Below, piece by piece: positions 38,564 to 49,500 of a stretch of DNA of 64,000 nt. Under the pieces are notes generated by a model. That model saw only the letters and a list, made by a program, of their open reading frames with translations, was not told the origin of the DNA and did not search any database. Where the stretch lies: positions 1-64,000 of the forward strand of contig CAZKNF010000002.1 of assembly GCA_964554105.1 (NCBI GenBank), read 5' to 3'. The number at the start of each line of letters is the position of its first letter. The first letter of the stretch is position 1. This DNA is from an uncultured Rhodothermales bacterium. GTDB lineage: Bacteria > Bacteroidota > Rhodothermia > Rhodothermales > VXPQ01. A program made the position numbers and the translations under genes.

Positions 38564-41500
38564 TTACAGATCAAAGTCGAACAATATCCCGAAATGCCAC
38601 AGAAGTTCATTCCCGTAGCGCACGGTACTCCGACCATCCGGGGTCAGGAATTCCTCATCCAGACGAAAATCGAAGGCGTCCAGGCCGTAGGTCGCACTCA
38701 AAAAGACGGCCGACGGAAGCAGGTAGAATGAGCCCAAACCGAGCCGCAACTCGGCGCCAACGTCCTTGCGCATCTCTCCGAACCCGGGCCAGGCACCGCT
38801 CCAGGCAAGCGCCGCGTCCGTGTATATGCGACCGTACAGTTTGTCTACATAGGCGAAAAGTACCTGAGTCGATATATCCGGGAGGATGGGGAACTGATAT
38901 GACAACTGCATCCAGAGCGTCTCATTTCCACCGAGCGCGTAAAACGGGTATCCCCGGGCGCCGATGAGTCCGCCTACATAGTCGTTGTAGAAATCATCGA
39001 CTTCGCCACCTAGAATGGTGCTGCCCCGGAAACGCACGCCGATGCCGTGAGCCGCGTGGGTCGGCAGACCGGGGAGTCTGAGACCAATTTCCGCCTCGAA
39101 AGTGATGCGATGATTGCGGTCCTCCTCATAGGTCGGCACAAGCGCGCCGTCCTCCACATCGAAGCGATCGAGCAGGCGCCCGCTCTCATTTTCGTAGCGA
39201 AGCTCTGCCTTCAGGCGCTCCGGCAGTACATTGCTGTGCCTGTGTGGATGCGCGCTCTCGAAGTACAGGCCGGCCATAAAAGCACGTCCAATAAAATACC
39301 TCGAACCGGTCTCAGGGACGAATGTATCGGCTTCCTTCGAGAAAAATCGGTTTGTCACGACTCGATATGGACTGTACCGGTACCCGATTTCGGCGAGTAG
39401 ACTTGAGTTGATCTTGCTGCGCGCGAAAACGTCGGCTTCCCACAAACCGTATGCCAGGTCCACAAGCGTCGTGTCCGGATAGCATGCCGTACAGGGAAAT
39501 TCCTCTACCGAAAGCCCGTTCTCGACATTTCGGCGAATATTGTACAGTTCCAACGCGATCTGCGGCGACCACCTCTTCGGAAGGATTCCGAAGCCGCGCC
39601 CATACTCAAAAACGATGAACGCGTCGCGTTCCAGCTTCAGAAGATTTGACGGCGAGAAATAATCGCTCAGCGACTCGGCTTCGTGCGACGCAGGTCCGAC
39701 GAGAAGCCCTCCCATCATGGTCATCTCTTCGAGCATCTCACGAGATGACATGTAGACGCCCACCTTCGTATTCCTCGCGAGCGTCTCACCATACGTTCGT
39801 GCCGGAAGGCGCCGCTGCGAAACGCTCCCACGCCGCGATGAATAGTTGTCGAACCGTAGCACGGGATAGAAGCTGAAGCTCGTGAATGAGGTCCCGTACC
39901 GCTCGACAGCGAGGTCCGGGACCTGACCGTCTTCATCCATCTCCGCACCATCCCGATTTCCGAGAGGAAACGAGCCCGTCGTCGCCACGTCCGTCACCAC
40001 CGAACCCGGCATCGTCTGGAGATCCGTATCGTCGAACGCCGTGAGCTGACTCCAGGTCGAGGCCGCCGGGGCCGGCGCGTCCTCCTTCTGCGTGATGGGA
40101 GGAGGCTCGTAGAACGGTGCATCCACGGCCGCGACAGGCTGATCGACAAGTGCAATCTTGTACCCGTTCCATTGATATCGTGCGAACGCGACCGATCCGT
40201 CGGGCGCAACATCGGGCATAAACGCGCCTCCGACCACGTTCGTTATCGGCTCGGACAATTCCGGCGCATCAATATCCGCCTGGTAGAGATTGAATATCCC
40301 CGATGCGTCTGAAGCAAAGTAGAGATGCTCTCCGGACCGATCGATTGCCGGCGAGCGCTCGTCGGCCTCCCCTGCGACAACCGGTTCCGGCTTGGTATCA
40401 GCGACCGCATCAATACCCGCGTCAGCGTCTGCATCAATACCCGCGTGCACGCGAAATATGTCACGACTTCCAGAGCCGGATTTCGCGAAGTAGATCCATT
40501 CACCATCTGGATGCCATGCCGGCTCGCTGACCTGCGTCCCGTCATCGTAGGATGTAAGACGCTGCGTTTGCCCACCATCCGCATCCATCACAAAAAGATT
40601 TGTGGATCCATCCGAATGGCCGACGTAGACGATCCGCGATCCGTCCGGCGAGTAGGCGGGTGCAAATGCCCTCGCTCGGTGCGTCAGGCGTTCCTGCTCT
40701 TCCGTAGACAGGTCGAAGCGATACAGGTCGGAGTAGCGGAAGCCTTGGGGGGTATCTTTCGTTCGCGCGAAAACCACGTCGTCACCGTCGGGATGCCAGC
40801 TTATTGCGCCCCCGACGCCGGACTTTACCTTGTGCTCGTGGCCCAGTGAACAGACGTAGTCTGCTGCGCCGTCGCTCCAACCGTCGATCCGATAACTCAT
40901 CTTCGCTCCGGTCTCGACATCAACGACGTAGAGGCTCATCAGATTAAAGTGTTCACCGCGATTCGAGACGTAGGCCAGCTTCCGGCCGTCCGGCGAAAAC
41001 TTTGGATAGAAGTTGCTGAAGCCCTCCTCCTCGATGAGACGTCCTTCAATGGGCTGTGCCCGGACATCGGCGGTCCGCACCGCATACTCATGACGCAGCG
41101 TACTCATCCATTCATCGTAAATCTGCGAGCCCTTCACCCCCGTAGCGTCTTTCAGCGCGCGCTGTACGTTCCAATTGGTCCACTTCGACAGCTCGCTCGA
41201 CACGCGACGCAGTACATCCTCGCCGTATGTGCCGGCCAGATAATGCGTAAATGCAAAGCCATGGTTGTATACACCTTCGCGCAGCAGGCTCGAATGCGAA
41301 TAGAAGCCGCCCATGTCATTCAGCGACATTTCCTCACCGGCGAGCACGCGGGTGCGAAGCAGCATGTCGCGATGCGTATCCCAGCGGTCATAATCCAGGA
41401 AGGCACGCTGATACTGCGCCGTCCCCTCGGCAAGCCACGCTGGATTGTTCAGGACCGGGACAGGATAGGTGACGATAACATCCGGATATCCGTACAGCAC

Positions 41501-42052
41501 GTCCGGCCGCTTGACATCCTCGTAGTCGAGAAGCTGGAAATAGAGGAACGGCATCTTCCGATCGGCCTTCATCGTGGACTGCACCTGCACGATGTGCGTG
41601 AACTCGTGCGTGATGACGTTGCGCAGCCAGTTGTGATCACCCCGCAGCGGCGAATCGAGAGCCGGCGCCCAGATCTCCAGCTTGTTGTCGAAGAAGTACG
41701 CAGCACCGTTCGAGTAATCTTCGAAGTCTTTCAGGATGATGGAGATCTTGGTTTCGGGCTCGTGTTCGTAGAGCGATGTGATCGGCTCGTACACATCCTC
41801 GGCAATGCGTGCGACGACCTGGGCCGTCCGACTGCTCCCCGCTCCCGTAGAATCGTGATGAAATATGATCTGGAAATGATCGGTCTCGATCGTGTACCAC
41901 GTCAGCGTCGGGCGCGCGTAATCATACAGATCCGGCGACGTCTGCGCGCGCACCGTCCCAGCGGCCACAAGCAATATCACAAGCACCGCCGCCGCAAATC
42001 CGACGATCGCAACCCGAGATGCTGCCCTGTGATTCCTGAGCCTCGAACTCAT
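38564..42052 (-). CDS. large outer-membrane protein: N-terminal HExxH metallopeptidase-like domain + TolB-like PD40 β-propeller repeats + C-terminal Omp85-like β-barrel
   Basis: 1162 aa. Signal peptide (…AAGTVRAQT). VITHEFTHIVQ with a downstream EGTAQY (gluzincin-like). At least five PD40-type repeats (FSPDGRKLAYVSNRGEHFNLM; YSPDGSRIVYVGHSDGSTNLFVMD; AWHPDGEWIYFAKSGSGSRDIF; ...). The C-terminal ~450 aa is β-rich with alternating aromatics and a GARGYPFYALGGN segment resembling the Omp85 loop-6 (V/I)RG(F/Y) motif. The start ATG overlaps the upstream gene's stop (ATGA). Confidence 0.55.
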   Translation of the reverse strand: MSSRLRNHRAASRVAIVGFAAAVLVILLVAAGTVRAQTSPDLYDYARPTLTWYTIETDHFQIIFHHDSTGAGSSRTAQVVARIAEDVYEPITSLYEHEPETKISIILKDFEDYSNGAAYFFDNKLEIWAPALDSPLRGDHNWLRNVITHEFTHIVQVQSTMKADRKMPFLYFQLLDYEDVKRPDVLYGYPDVIVTYPVPVLNNPAWLAEGTAQYQRAFLDYDRWDTHRDMLLRTRVLAGEEMSLNDMGGFYSHSSLLREGVYNHGFAFTHYLAGTYGEDVLRRVSSELSKWTNWNVQRALKDATGVKGSQIYDEWMSTLRHEYAVRTADVRAQPIEGRLIEEEGFSNFYPKFSPDGRKLAYVSNRGEHFNLMSLYVVDVETGAKMSYRIDGWSDGAADYVCSLGHEHKVKSGVGGAISWHPDGDDVVFARTKDTPQGFRYSDLYRFDLSTEEQERLTHRARAFAPAYSPDGSRIVYVGHSDGSTNLFVMDADGGQTQRLTSYDDGTQVSEPAWHPDGEWIYFAKSGSGSRDIFRVHAGIDADADAGIDAVADTKPEPVVAGEADERSPAIDRSGEHLYFASDASGIFNLYQADIDAPELSEPITNVVGGAFMPDVAPDGSVAFARYQWNGYKIALVDQPVAAVDAPFYEPPPITQKEDAPAPAASTWSQLTAFDDTDLQTMPGSVVTDVATTGSFPLGNRDGAEMDEDGQVPDLAVERYGTSFTSFSFYPVLRFDNYSSRRGSVSQRRLPARTYGETLARNTKVGVYMSSREMLEEMTMMGGLLVGPASHEAESLSDYFSPSNLLKLERDAFIVFEYGRGFGILPKRWSPQIALELYNIRRNVENGLSVEEFPCTACYPDTTLVDLAYGLWEADVFARSKINSSLLAEIGYRYSPYRVVTNRFFSKEADTFVPETGSRYFIGRAFMAGLYFESAHPHRHSNVLPERLKAELRYENESGRLLDRFDVEDGALVPTYEEDRNHRITFEAEIGLRLPGLPTHAAHGIGVRFRGSTILGGEVDDFYNDYVGGLIGARGYPFYALGGNETLWMQLSYQFPILPDISTQVLFAYVDKLYGRIYTDAALAWSGAWPGFGEMRKDVGAELRLGLGSFYLLPSAVFLSATYGLDAFDFRLDEEFLTPDGRSTVRYGNELLWHFGILFDFDL

Positions 42053-45000
42053 CGCATCACCGCCATCTTCACTAATTTCGTCTCCTCTTCGCCATCAGCG
42101 GTTCTGGCCGTAAACCGTGCGAAGTAGAGACCGCTCTCGGCATCGGCCTGCCAGACTGCTTCCGTAGGCAGGCCGGCTCGCACATCACCCATATCGATAT
42201 CGTCGACGAGAAGGCCCGCCGCGTCTATAATTCGGATGCTTACCCGTGCGTCGCGGCGCGTGGCAATCCGCAGATGTGTCGAGCCGTCTCGAATCGGATT
42301 CGGCCAGTTGTAGGTCTCGCTCGTCACGATGAGCGGCTCCTGTGGCTCGTTCGGGTCAGATCCCGGGTCCGAAATAGCCACAAAGCTGGCGTTCTCCCCT
42401 GAACCGTACATCCGGCCCCACAGCACGGAAGATACGTTTGGAATCGCCCACCCTTTAACATTACCGTTCTCGGCTACCGCGACAAGTGTACCGTCGGCCG
42501 TAAGTCCAGGAGTTGCCGGTGCGGCATTGCCTACTTCCAGAGGAAAGCCGTCGATTGCGTGCTGATCGCGGACGACGTCGATCGCGTAGATGTACCCATT
42601 CGTGGATGCCGCCACTATGGCGGTCGATCCTCCGAATTCAGCTATCAGCGGCTGACCGGCGATTCGCCCCTCGACGTGAATCGGGAAATTGCTCACGAGG
42701 GCTCCGGACTGCGTGAAGGCGAGCAACATCGATCCAAATGAAGCCAGGACGTCGAGGCGGTGATCGCCGTCCAGATCTGCCACTACCGGGTAAGCCGCGA
42801 GCGAGTCGTTCGGTTCAACCCCGAATCGTGAAGCCGCGGCTCCGACGTCGACGGTCGTAACGCTTCCCGCGGATCCGAACAACAGAATCTCGCCGGTACT
42901 CGTAATGGGCAGTGCGCCCATCAATCCGCCCTGATCGCGGCCGAATACCGCCTGACCAACCCGGACATTGGTCGGAAGACGGTAGTTCCAGTCGTTCTCA
43001 ATCCCTGAGACGCCCTCTCTGCCGACGACAACGGCGACCGATCCGAGATCCGTCGCCGCCGACGCCAGCGAAACCGCCTCGCGCGCCGCCGGCTCTGTCG
43101 TCACCGATACGTCGGACAAGGCAGCCTGGACTACCACCGTACGTTCGTCGCCGCGCAGCAGCAGGCTGTAGGTCGTCATGCGCTCAAAATTAGTCACCAC
43201 GATCGGTGACACCGCCCTCATCGATCCGAGGTCGTCTGGAAGTTCGATCGTCTCTGATGGAGACGAAGGCCCATCCGACGAAGACCACAAAACGAACCGG
43301 TGGCTGTCTTCGAAACGCTCCAGAGTCACGAGGACTTCACCGGTCGCCGGCGGCGCGGTGGAAGCGAACCGGCCAACACCGGCCGAATACAGAGCCACGC
43401 TGTCGGCGCCGGCCGAATAGAGGATCTCGGGACAGGAGACGGAACATCCCACGAAGGAGCCAGGGCCGAACGAACCACCCGCGACGCCGATCGGCAGATT
43501 CGAGAGCGGTTCGATTCCGCCCTCCGTCACCTGCCGATAGGTGAACGCCATTTCCGCAGCCGGCGGCGAAAAACCCTCGAGCACGATAAAGCTCGAACCA
43601 CCGGAATTGGTCTGCGAGCCTGGGAAGGTCCGGGGACCGAACCTGTTTTCATACAACTGGACCTCACGGCCGCCCGTCACCTGTACACGTACCGGATTAC
43701 CCTCATAGAAAAAATCAAAAGGAGATCCGAGCTCCGCTTGCGGACCAAACGGTCCTTCAGATGGAAAACCGATATCCTGTGCGCCGTCAGCTTCTTCGAG
43801 ATCGACGGCCCTCGATTGCACACCGACATTGACGGAATTCTCCGGCATACCCGCACGCAGCCGTCGCTCATCGATGTGCCAGATCAGGATTCCACCATTT
43901 AGCTCATTATCGTCCTCATCGAGTCCACCCGGCAGCGCCCAATCGTAGTTGTCAACGCTCACCACGACGCCGCCTACGAAATCTTCCACATTGACGCTGT
44001 TGAAATCAGGATCGCCGTTCTCGACGTGCTGCTCGATGATCTCGCCGTCGTTCCACACGCGCAGCGTCAGACCATCCGATTCGGGATCTCGATGTCGATT
44101 CTCGATCATGAAATACTCGACATCCGAAATGATCGCACGAGCCGATTGGGATTCACCAGGAAGAGACGCCGCGAGAAGTGAAATCGTCCGCTGGTCCGCG
44201 CCTTTTAGATCCACAGGATCCGTCCAGCCGAGAAAGTACTTGGTCCATGCCATCGGCTCCGGCGGAAAAAGACCGCGGTAGGCGAAGATCCCCTGCGTAT
44301 CCATCACACCAAACGGACCGATCGCGCTCTCTCCGGTCTCCGTGTCGAACAGGTCCGGCACGCCCAAATAGTTGAAAAAACTCGCCGCAAGAAGGCCATT
44401 GATAGACAGTTCCAAAAGGAACGGCTCATCCGATATGAAATCCATCGCACGGCGCGTTTCGGTGCGGGGAAGAACCATCGTATGATCGATCGGAAACTCA
44501 TTGAACCTCAATGTCTGCTTGCCGATAAGTCTTGTAAGCGACGGCTGATCGAAAAACAACGATGGGAGGTCCTCAGGGGTCTTGTCGAGCGTTGTTCCGA
44601 TCAACTCGACGTCGCGCCCGACTCCGGCATGGAAGACGACAAATGCGGTCCGCGAAGGATCGAATCCGGTCATGTCGAAAGAGGACTGCTGAGATGCGAG
44701 TGCCCACGCTTCGTCGATCATGTCTGCAAGTTTTCGCAGCTCGGCGTCGCTGTCCGCCTCGGGACCCGTAGGCGCATACGCACTCATGTGCCGCGACAGC
44801 CGCACGGTCTCGGGGATGAGGTGAGTCTCGACCTCCGTGATGCCGTCCGATACCCGTGCTACGTAGTCCGTCAGGAAGTCGAGGTGCGCATCGAAGTAGG
44901 CCTGATTATGCGGGAGCGGGTCGATGGACGGTTCAAGACCGTCGTACAAAGAACCGCCAAATGTGCCGTCCCCAGTCGTAAACCGAGATGTGTCCGGCTG

Positions 45001-45213
45001 GAATTCGACGCGCAGCGCGACGAGGTCGTAGGTCGCGGCAGCGGGTTGGCGAAGCTGTCCGTCGGGCGTCTGCAGTGCCGATCGCATCGCTAGCACGTCA
45101 GCCGGAAACGCGACGGATTGCGCCGACACTGCGCGACCGGCAGAGCTGATAAGAAGGCCGCACACGATGAACCGCAGCGCTTTTCGGAGAGAACTCCTCC
45201 GGTGGATGCCCAT
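42049..45213 (-). CDS. T9SS cargo protein with FG-GAP-like repeats and C-terminal T9SS sorting domain
   Basis: 1054 aa. Signal peptide. FG-GAP-like calcium-binding loops (VVADLDGDHRLDVL). C-terminal ~90 aa (...YNWPNPIRDGSTHLRIATRRDARVSIRIIDAAGLLV...KLVKMAVMR) matches the Por-secretion C-terminal domain pattern. Confidence 0.65.
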   Translation of the reverse strand: MGIHRRSSLRKALRFIVCGLLISSAGRAVSAQSVAFPADVLAMRSALQTPDGQLRQPAAATYDLVALRVEFQPDTSRFTTGDGTFGGSLYDGLEPSIDPLPHNQAYFDAHLDFLTDYVARVSDGITEVETHLIPETVRLSRHMSAYAPTGPEADSDAELRKLADMIDEAWALASQQSSFDMTGFDPSRTAFVVFHAGVGRDVELIGTTLDKTPEDLPSLFFDQPSLTRLIGKQTLRFNEFPIDHTMVLPRTETRRAMDFISDEPFLLELSINGLLAASFFNYLGVPDLFDTETGESAIGPFGVMDTQGIFAYRGLFPPEPMAWTKYFLGWTDPVDLKGADQRTISLLAASLPGESQSARAIISDVEYFMIENRHRDPESDGLTLRVWNDGEIIEQHVENGDPDFNSVNVEDFVGGVVVSVDNYDWALPGGLDEDDNELNGGILIWHIDERRLRAGMPENSVNVGVQSRAVDLEEADGAQDIGFPSEGPFGPQAELGSPFDFFYEGNPVRVQVTGGREVQLYENRFGPRTFPGSQTNSGGSSFIVLEGFSPPAAEMAFTYRQVTEGGIEPLSNLPIGVAGGSFGPGSFVGCSVSCPEILYSAGADSVALYSAGVGRFASTAPPATGEVLVTLERFEDSHRFVLWSSSDGPSSPSETIELPDDLGSMRAVSPIVVTNFERMTTYSLLLRGDERTVVVQAALSDVSVTTEPAAREAVSLASAATDLGSVAVVVGREGVSGIENDWNYRLPTNVRVGQAVFGRDQGGLMGALPITSTGEILLFGSAGSVTTVDVGAAASRFGVEPNDSLAAYPVVADLDGDHRLDVLASFGSMLLAFTQSGALVSNFPIHVEGRIAGQPLIAEFGGSTAIVAASTNGYIYAIDVVRDQHAIDGFPLEVGNAAPATPGLTADGTLVAVAENGNVKGWAIPNVSSVLWGRMYGSGENASFVAISDPGSDPNEPQEPLIVTSETYNWPNPIRDGSTHLRIATRRDARVSIRIIDAAGLLVDDIDMGDVRAGLPTEAVWQADAESGLYFARFTARTADGEEETKLVKMAVMR

Positions 45214-45288
45214 GCGTATGATCGTCGTGTCCGGCCTTATCTGGAGAGGTAAACGTGACTCTGGTCCCGCCGAGTCGAATGTTATCTA

Positions 45289-46443
45289 CTACTTGAGGAA
45301 ATTCAGAAGCAGGGAAAACCGCATCGTGTTGGCCAGCGGGTGCCCTTCCTCGAGTGCATAAATGTACGAGAAATCGACGCCGATGATATTCCAACGAATA
45401 CCCGAGCCGAACGTCAGGAACTGTCGATTGCCGTTGTACGGACTTTCATAGAAGTAGCCTACCCGCATTGCGAATAGGTCGCGGTACCAGTACTCGAGTC
45501 CTGAACCGATCGTAAGCTGGTCCATCACGCCGATGTTTTCCATCTGTGACGGATCCTCCTCACATTCCTGCATCGACGCGGTGCAAACCTCTATCGGCTG
45601 CCATGCGGTGAAAAGTGCCTTATAAAACGGATCGGCCACGTTCGCGTTGTTGAGCGTGTCGGCCTCAACGCGAATCAGCATTTTATTGAAATCGTTCGCA
45701 AACGTGATCTTGTTGTATTCGTCAAATTCGAATGTCGCGGCATAGCCGAACCGGATATTTGTCGGGATGGGATCCGACTGCCCCTGGTCGGAATACTGGA
45801 TCTTCGGTCCCATATTGGCCAGGTTGAAACCGAGATTGACGCCTACGTCGACGTTGCCCAGGTTGAACTGCGGGATCTCGTACAGCCCACCGACATCGAA
45901 TCCGACCGCTACCCCGGCACGCGTCGACTGCGCACCGACCGTCTGCCCGGGTGCAAGATTCGAATAAATCAGCCTGGCACCCGTACCGATGGCGAAGTTA
46001 TTCGTCAGATACGTGCCGTACGAGGCGCCGAGCGCGAGATCATAGGAGCGGAACGTTCCGGTTGGATTGTTCTGCGCATCGCGCCCCTCATGCTCGCCCA
46101 GAAAGAGGTATGTAAGGTGAGCTCCGAACGTGCCGATCCCGTCGACTCGGTGCTTCGCCACCAGATATTCGTAGAATAGACCGGCATTGAACTCCGGCAG
46201 CCAGTTCGAGTGCGTCAGGGATGCTTCCGTGCCCTCCTGCTTTGCCAGACCTGCCGGATTCCAGTATATCGCGTATGCATTGTCGCTCAATGCCACTCCG
46301 GCATTCCCCATGCCCGCAGCACGGCTGTCCGGTTCGATCTGCAAAAACACAACGGCAGCGCCGCCGATCTGCGCGGTCGCAGTACTCGCTGATGCGGCGA
46401 GAATGAAAATCCCGAGCACCGCCGTAATGATTGTACGTTTCAT
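45289..46443 (-). CDS. porV: type IX secretion system outer-membrane β-barrel protein PorV (LptO)
   Basis: Signal peptide. N-terminal signature VVFLQIEPDSRAAGMGNAGVALSDNAYAIYWNPAGL matches the PorV/LptO family. 384 aa FadL-like barrel ending ...LNFLK. Sits directly downstream of a porU-like gene. Confidence 0.8.
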   Translation of the reverse strand: MKRTIITAVLGIFILAASASTATAQIGGAAVVFLQIEPDSRAAGMGNAGVALSDNAYAIYWNPAGLAKQEGTEASLTHSNWLPEFNAGLFYEYLVAKHRVDGIGTFGAHLTYLFLGEHEGRDAQNNPTGTFRSYDLALGASYGTYLTNNFAIGTGARLIYSNLAPGQTVGAQSTRAGVAVGFDVGGLYEIPQFNLGNVDVGVNLGFNLANMGPKIQYSDQGQSDPIPTNIRFGYAATFEFDEYNKITFANDFNKMLIRVEADTLNNANVADPFYKALFTAWQPIEVCTASMQECEEDPSQMENIGVMDQLTIGSGLEYWYRDLFAMRVGYFYESPYNGNRQFLTFGSGIRWNIIGVDFSYIYALEEGHPLANTMRFSLLLNFLK

Positions 46444-46570
46444 AATTTTTTACACGTTTGCCTGATTGTCGTCACTCATACCCTGAACTCACAACACTAT
46501 TAAACGACTTTCGCCTTTTCCCCAAGCGGCACGTCTCTTCCCACGCTCAATGCATACCGTCAAAGCTCGT

Positions 46571-49500
46571 CTACCGGATCACAGCAATCTTCTCGATCCG
46601 CTCCGAAACGTGCCGCTCCCCGTCCATTCCGTCAACTGCTACCCGGACTTTATACAGGTAAATACCTGATGCCACTAGGTTTAGGTCCTCATCCCTTCCA
46701 TCCCACGAAATCTGTACAGGACCCCCACCTAGAATTCCCGAAGGAAGCGCCTCGTCAGCGTCGAGCGTCCGGACCGGACGACCATTGAGCGTATAAATCC
46801 GAACCTGCACGTCTGCCGTCGTACCTGTCGGCTGATTGTGCTCGAAAACAAACCGGGTTCGACCGCTCGTCGGATTTGGATAATTAAAGACATTCCGCAG
46901 CACAAGGTCATCCGTCGCCGAGACAAAAAAGTCCAGGTTCTCTTCAGCCGAATTATTCAGTACGTCCCAGGCGCGAACGGAAAGTGTGTGCGGGCCCTCG
47001 TCAAGCGCCGACGGATACTCTTCGAAATCGAACGTCACGCTGCCGCTGCGATACGAGTTCGGATCACTTTCAAATCGGCGGCTGACGTCAACCGCGCTCT
47101 GTTCGTCACCGTCGACGACCAGCAGCATTTCGTGACCAACTCCCGCGCCTACTGCATTGATTCCACTGTCGTCACGCAGCTTCACGATCAGCCTCGGCGT
47201 CGGCGGCGTCATCCCGCCCGAGACAAACGTGGTGTCGTTCAGAAAGAGTGCAATCTCCGGCCCGTCTTCGTCATCGGGGGGATTGGCCGACGTGCCGCCT
47301 ACGACCACATCTTCGGTAAATCCACCGGCATGCCCACCGCTATTAAATGCGTACGCGCTTATTCGTCCGGACTCGTCGCTGTAGGATATATCCTTAGGCA
47401 CGACGAAGGTCGCCTCGAACCGCCCGCCGCTCACCGGCACCATCCCCCGCCAGATCAGGTCCTCGCGCACCGTGTAGTATTCCCTTGGCATAGCGCTTCT
47501 GAGCGGTACCTGCACGTGCCGCTCGGCGTCGTGAACCGTCAAGCTCATCTGTCCGTCGAAGCTGCCATCGACCTGATCGTCTATCGTGCGGACGCTCCCC
47601 ACTACCTGCACGCGGTCGAGTGCACGGAGGTTCGGACGCTCGTTCAGCGGCTGGCCGTTCACCGTCTCGATCACGGCCTCACCGGGAGGCGTACCAAGCC
47701 GAACGGTCGGATCTCCAAGCAAATTGAACTTCCGATTGTTGCCCTGCAATCCGGGATCCGTGTTCTTGGTCAATCGAATAATGTCACCGAGCCGCCGAGG
47801 AAGACCATCCTCGTCTCGCTTGAACATCTCGCTGTTCAAGGCGCGATTGAGTCCCACATTGAGCGTGGTGATGGTCCGAGATGTGTAAACGAGCCTCACG
47901 GTCGTCATGAGCGCGATGGCGCCCCCATTGGGGTTCAGCAGAAGGGCCTCCGCTCCGCTCTGCTCGTGGCCCAGATCCCACCATCCGAACGAACACGTCG
48001 CTGTCACAAAAATCGGAAGCCTGTCCCGATTCTGCAGGTTCTCCGCGTCATTCATCGTGAAGATTTCCTCCTGCGCCAGAGCATGCTCGCCACCGTGACC
48101 GCTGTAATTCATCACCAGCACACCCTCGTTCAGCGACGACAAAAGGTCGTTCTTCACACCCGGAATCCGCCAGCCGTTCTGGAACTCGCGGGTGTATGAG
48201 ATGGCGTACACCTTTTCGAGATCGATGCGCGGATATTCCTGATGAACCAGTTCGGCTACGACGTCCGCATTCTGCGTGTGCAGATCCGGCGGATTTTCCT
48301 GCGACGCCCGAACTCCGTTGAACGCATCATCGGCGACGAACAGGTAGCGACTTCGCCACGCACCGTACGTCTCCGGATTCTCGTAGTGCTTCACTTTCGC
48401 CACCATCGCAGCCGCTTCTTCCTGCGTCTGCACGGGAAAGCGGCCGATGCCGATATCAACTACCTCAGAGCCGTAGCCCTGACTTCCGGGCCAATCCCAG
48501 ATGCCTTCGTTATCGTCCAGGAGTCCGAAGTAGTCGTCGCTCGTGTAGGATTCGATCGGACTGAACGATTCTTCCGTCTCGTAGGGTGGAATCCAGTTCT
48601 GTAGCACAGGCCGATCCGATTCGCCGCCCAGATTACGATAGTTGAAGTGCCCGTCTCCAAAAAGAAGGACATATTTCAGGCGTCGGTTGTCGTCAGGCGC
48701 ACGGTCGTAAACGAACTTGAAATAGTCGCGTATCGCCCGCATATCCTGCAATCCGCCCGAGAATTCGTTGAAGATCTTCTGGATGTCTGCCACCACGACC
48801 TGCAGGCCGTCCTGGGACCGGTACTCGGCCAGCTCATTCGCAGCCTGGCGGAACTCGGCGGGCGTGACGATGATGAAATCCGGATATCCCGCCACGCCGT
48901 GAAGATTCTGATTCTCGACACGCTGTGCTGCGCTTGCGGTGAGGGGCTTCGATCGCGCCGTAACGAACGCGAAGATCTCTCGTGGCTGTGCGGGATCCTC
49001 CACCTGCACCTGAATGCGGTAGGTACCACTCTCGGAACGGACTCCCAGGCGTCGAATGGCTCCATGATCGGTGACATCCCAGACTTGAGGCTGCGTACTA
49101 AATCCGCCGAGAGCCATCTCGAAGCGCCCGATTTCACCCGCCGGTGTGGAAAATCGAAGGGTATCGCCGGACGCCTGAAGATTCTGCGTGTAGAAGGCCC
49201 TGATCCAATCGATCGCTGCCTCCGGTACGTTCGTCGCCTGCGGATCTAGCCGCATCGACAGAGTGATCGGCGCACCGGATGTCACATCCTGTGAGAATGC
49301 GGCGACACTTGCAGCGGCAATCGCGGACGTTTCAGAGGACGTAAGAGATCGGCGGGCACGCTCCTCCGCAAGACGCGTACCTCCTGATTCGAAGAACACG
49401 TGCGCCGCAGGATTCGATCGGATCGCGACATGGGCGCGGTATCGGATCTGCCCTGCCACCAATCCGGGAAGCTGCTCATTCTCGAGCAGCGGCCGCATCG

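Noticed and set aside
46838-48199. 453-aa plus-strand ORF inside porU, and similar long antisense ORFs (40949..42127, 14932..15816, 58824..59843, 57986..58864, 51302..52138, 52851..53753, 9715..10503)
   Set aside because: All are antisense to strongly supported genes. Their translations are Arg/His/Pro-rich with no motifs. Stop-codon-poor antisense frames are expected at this GC content.
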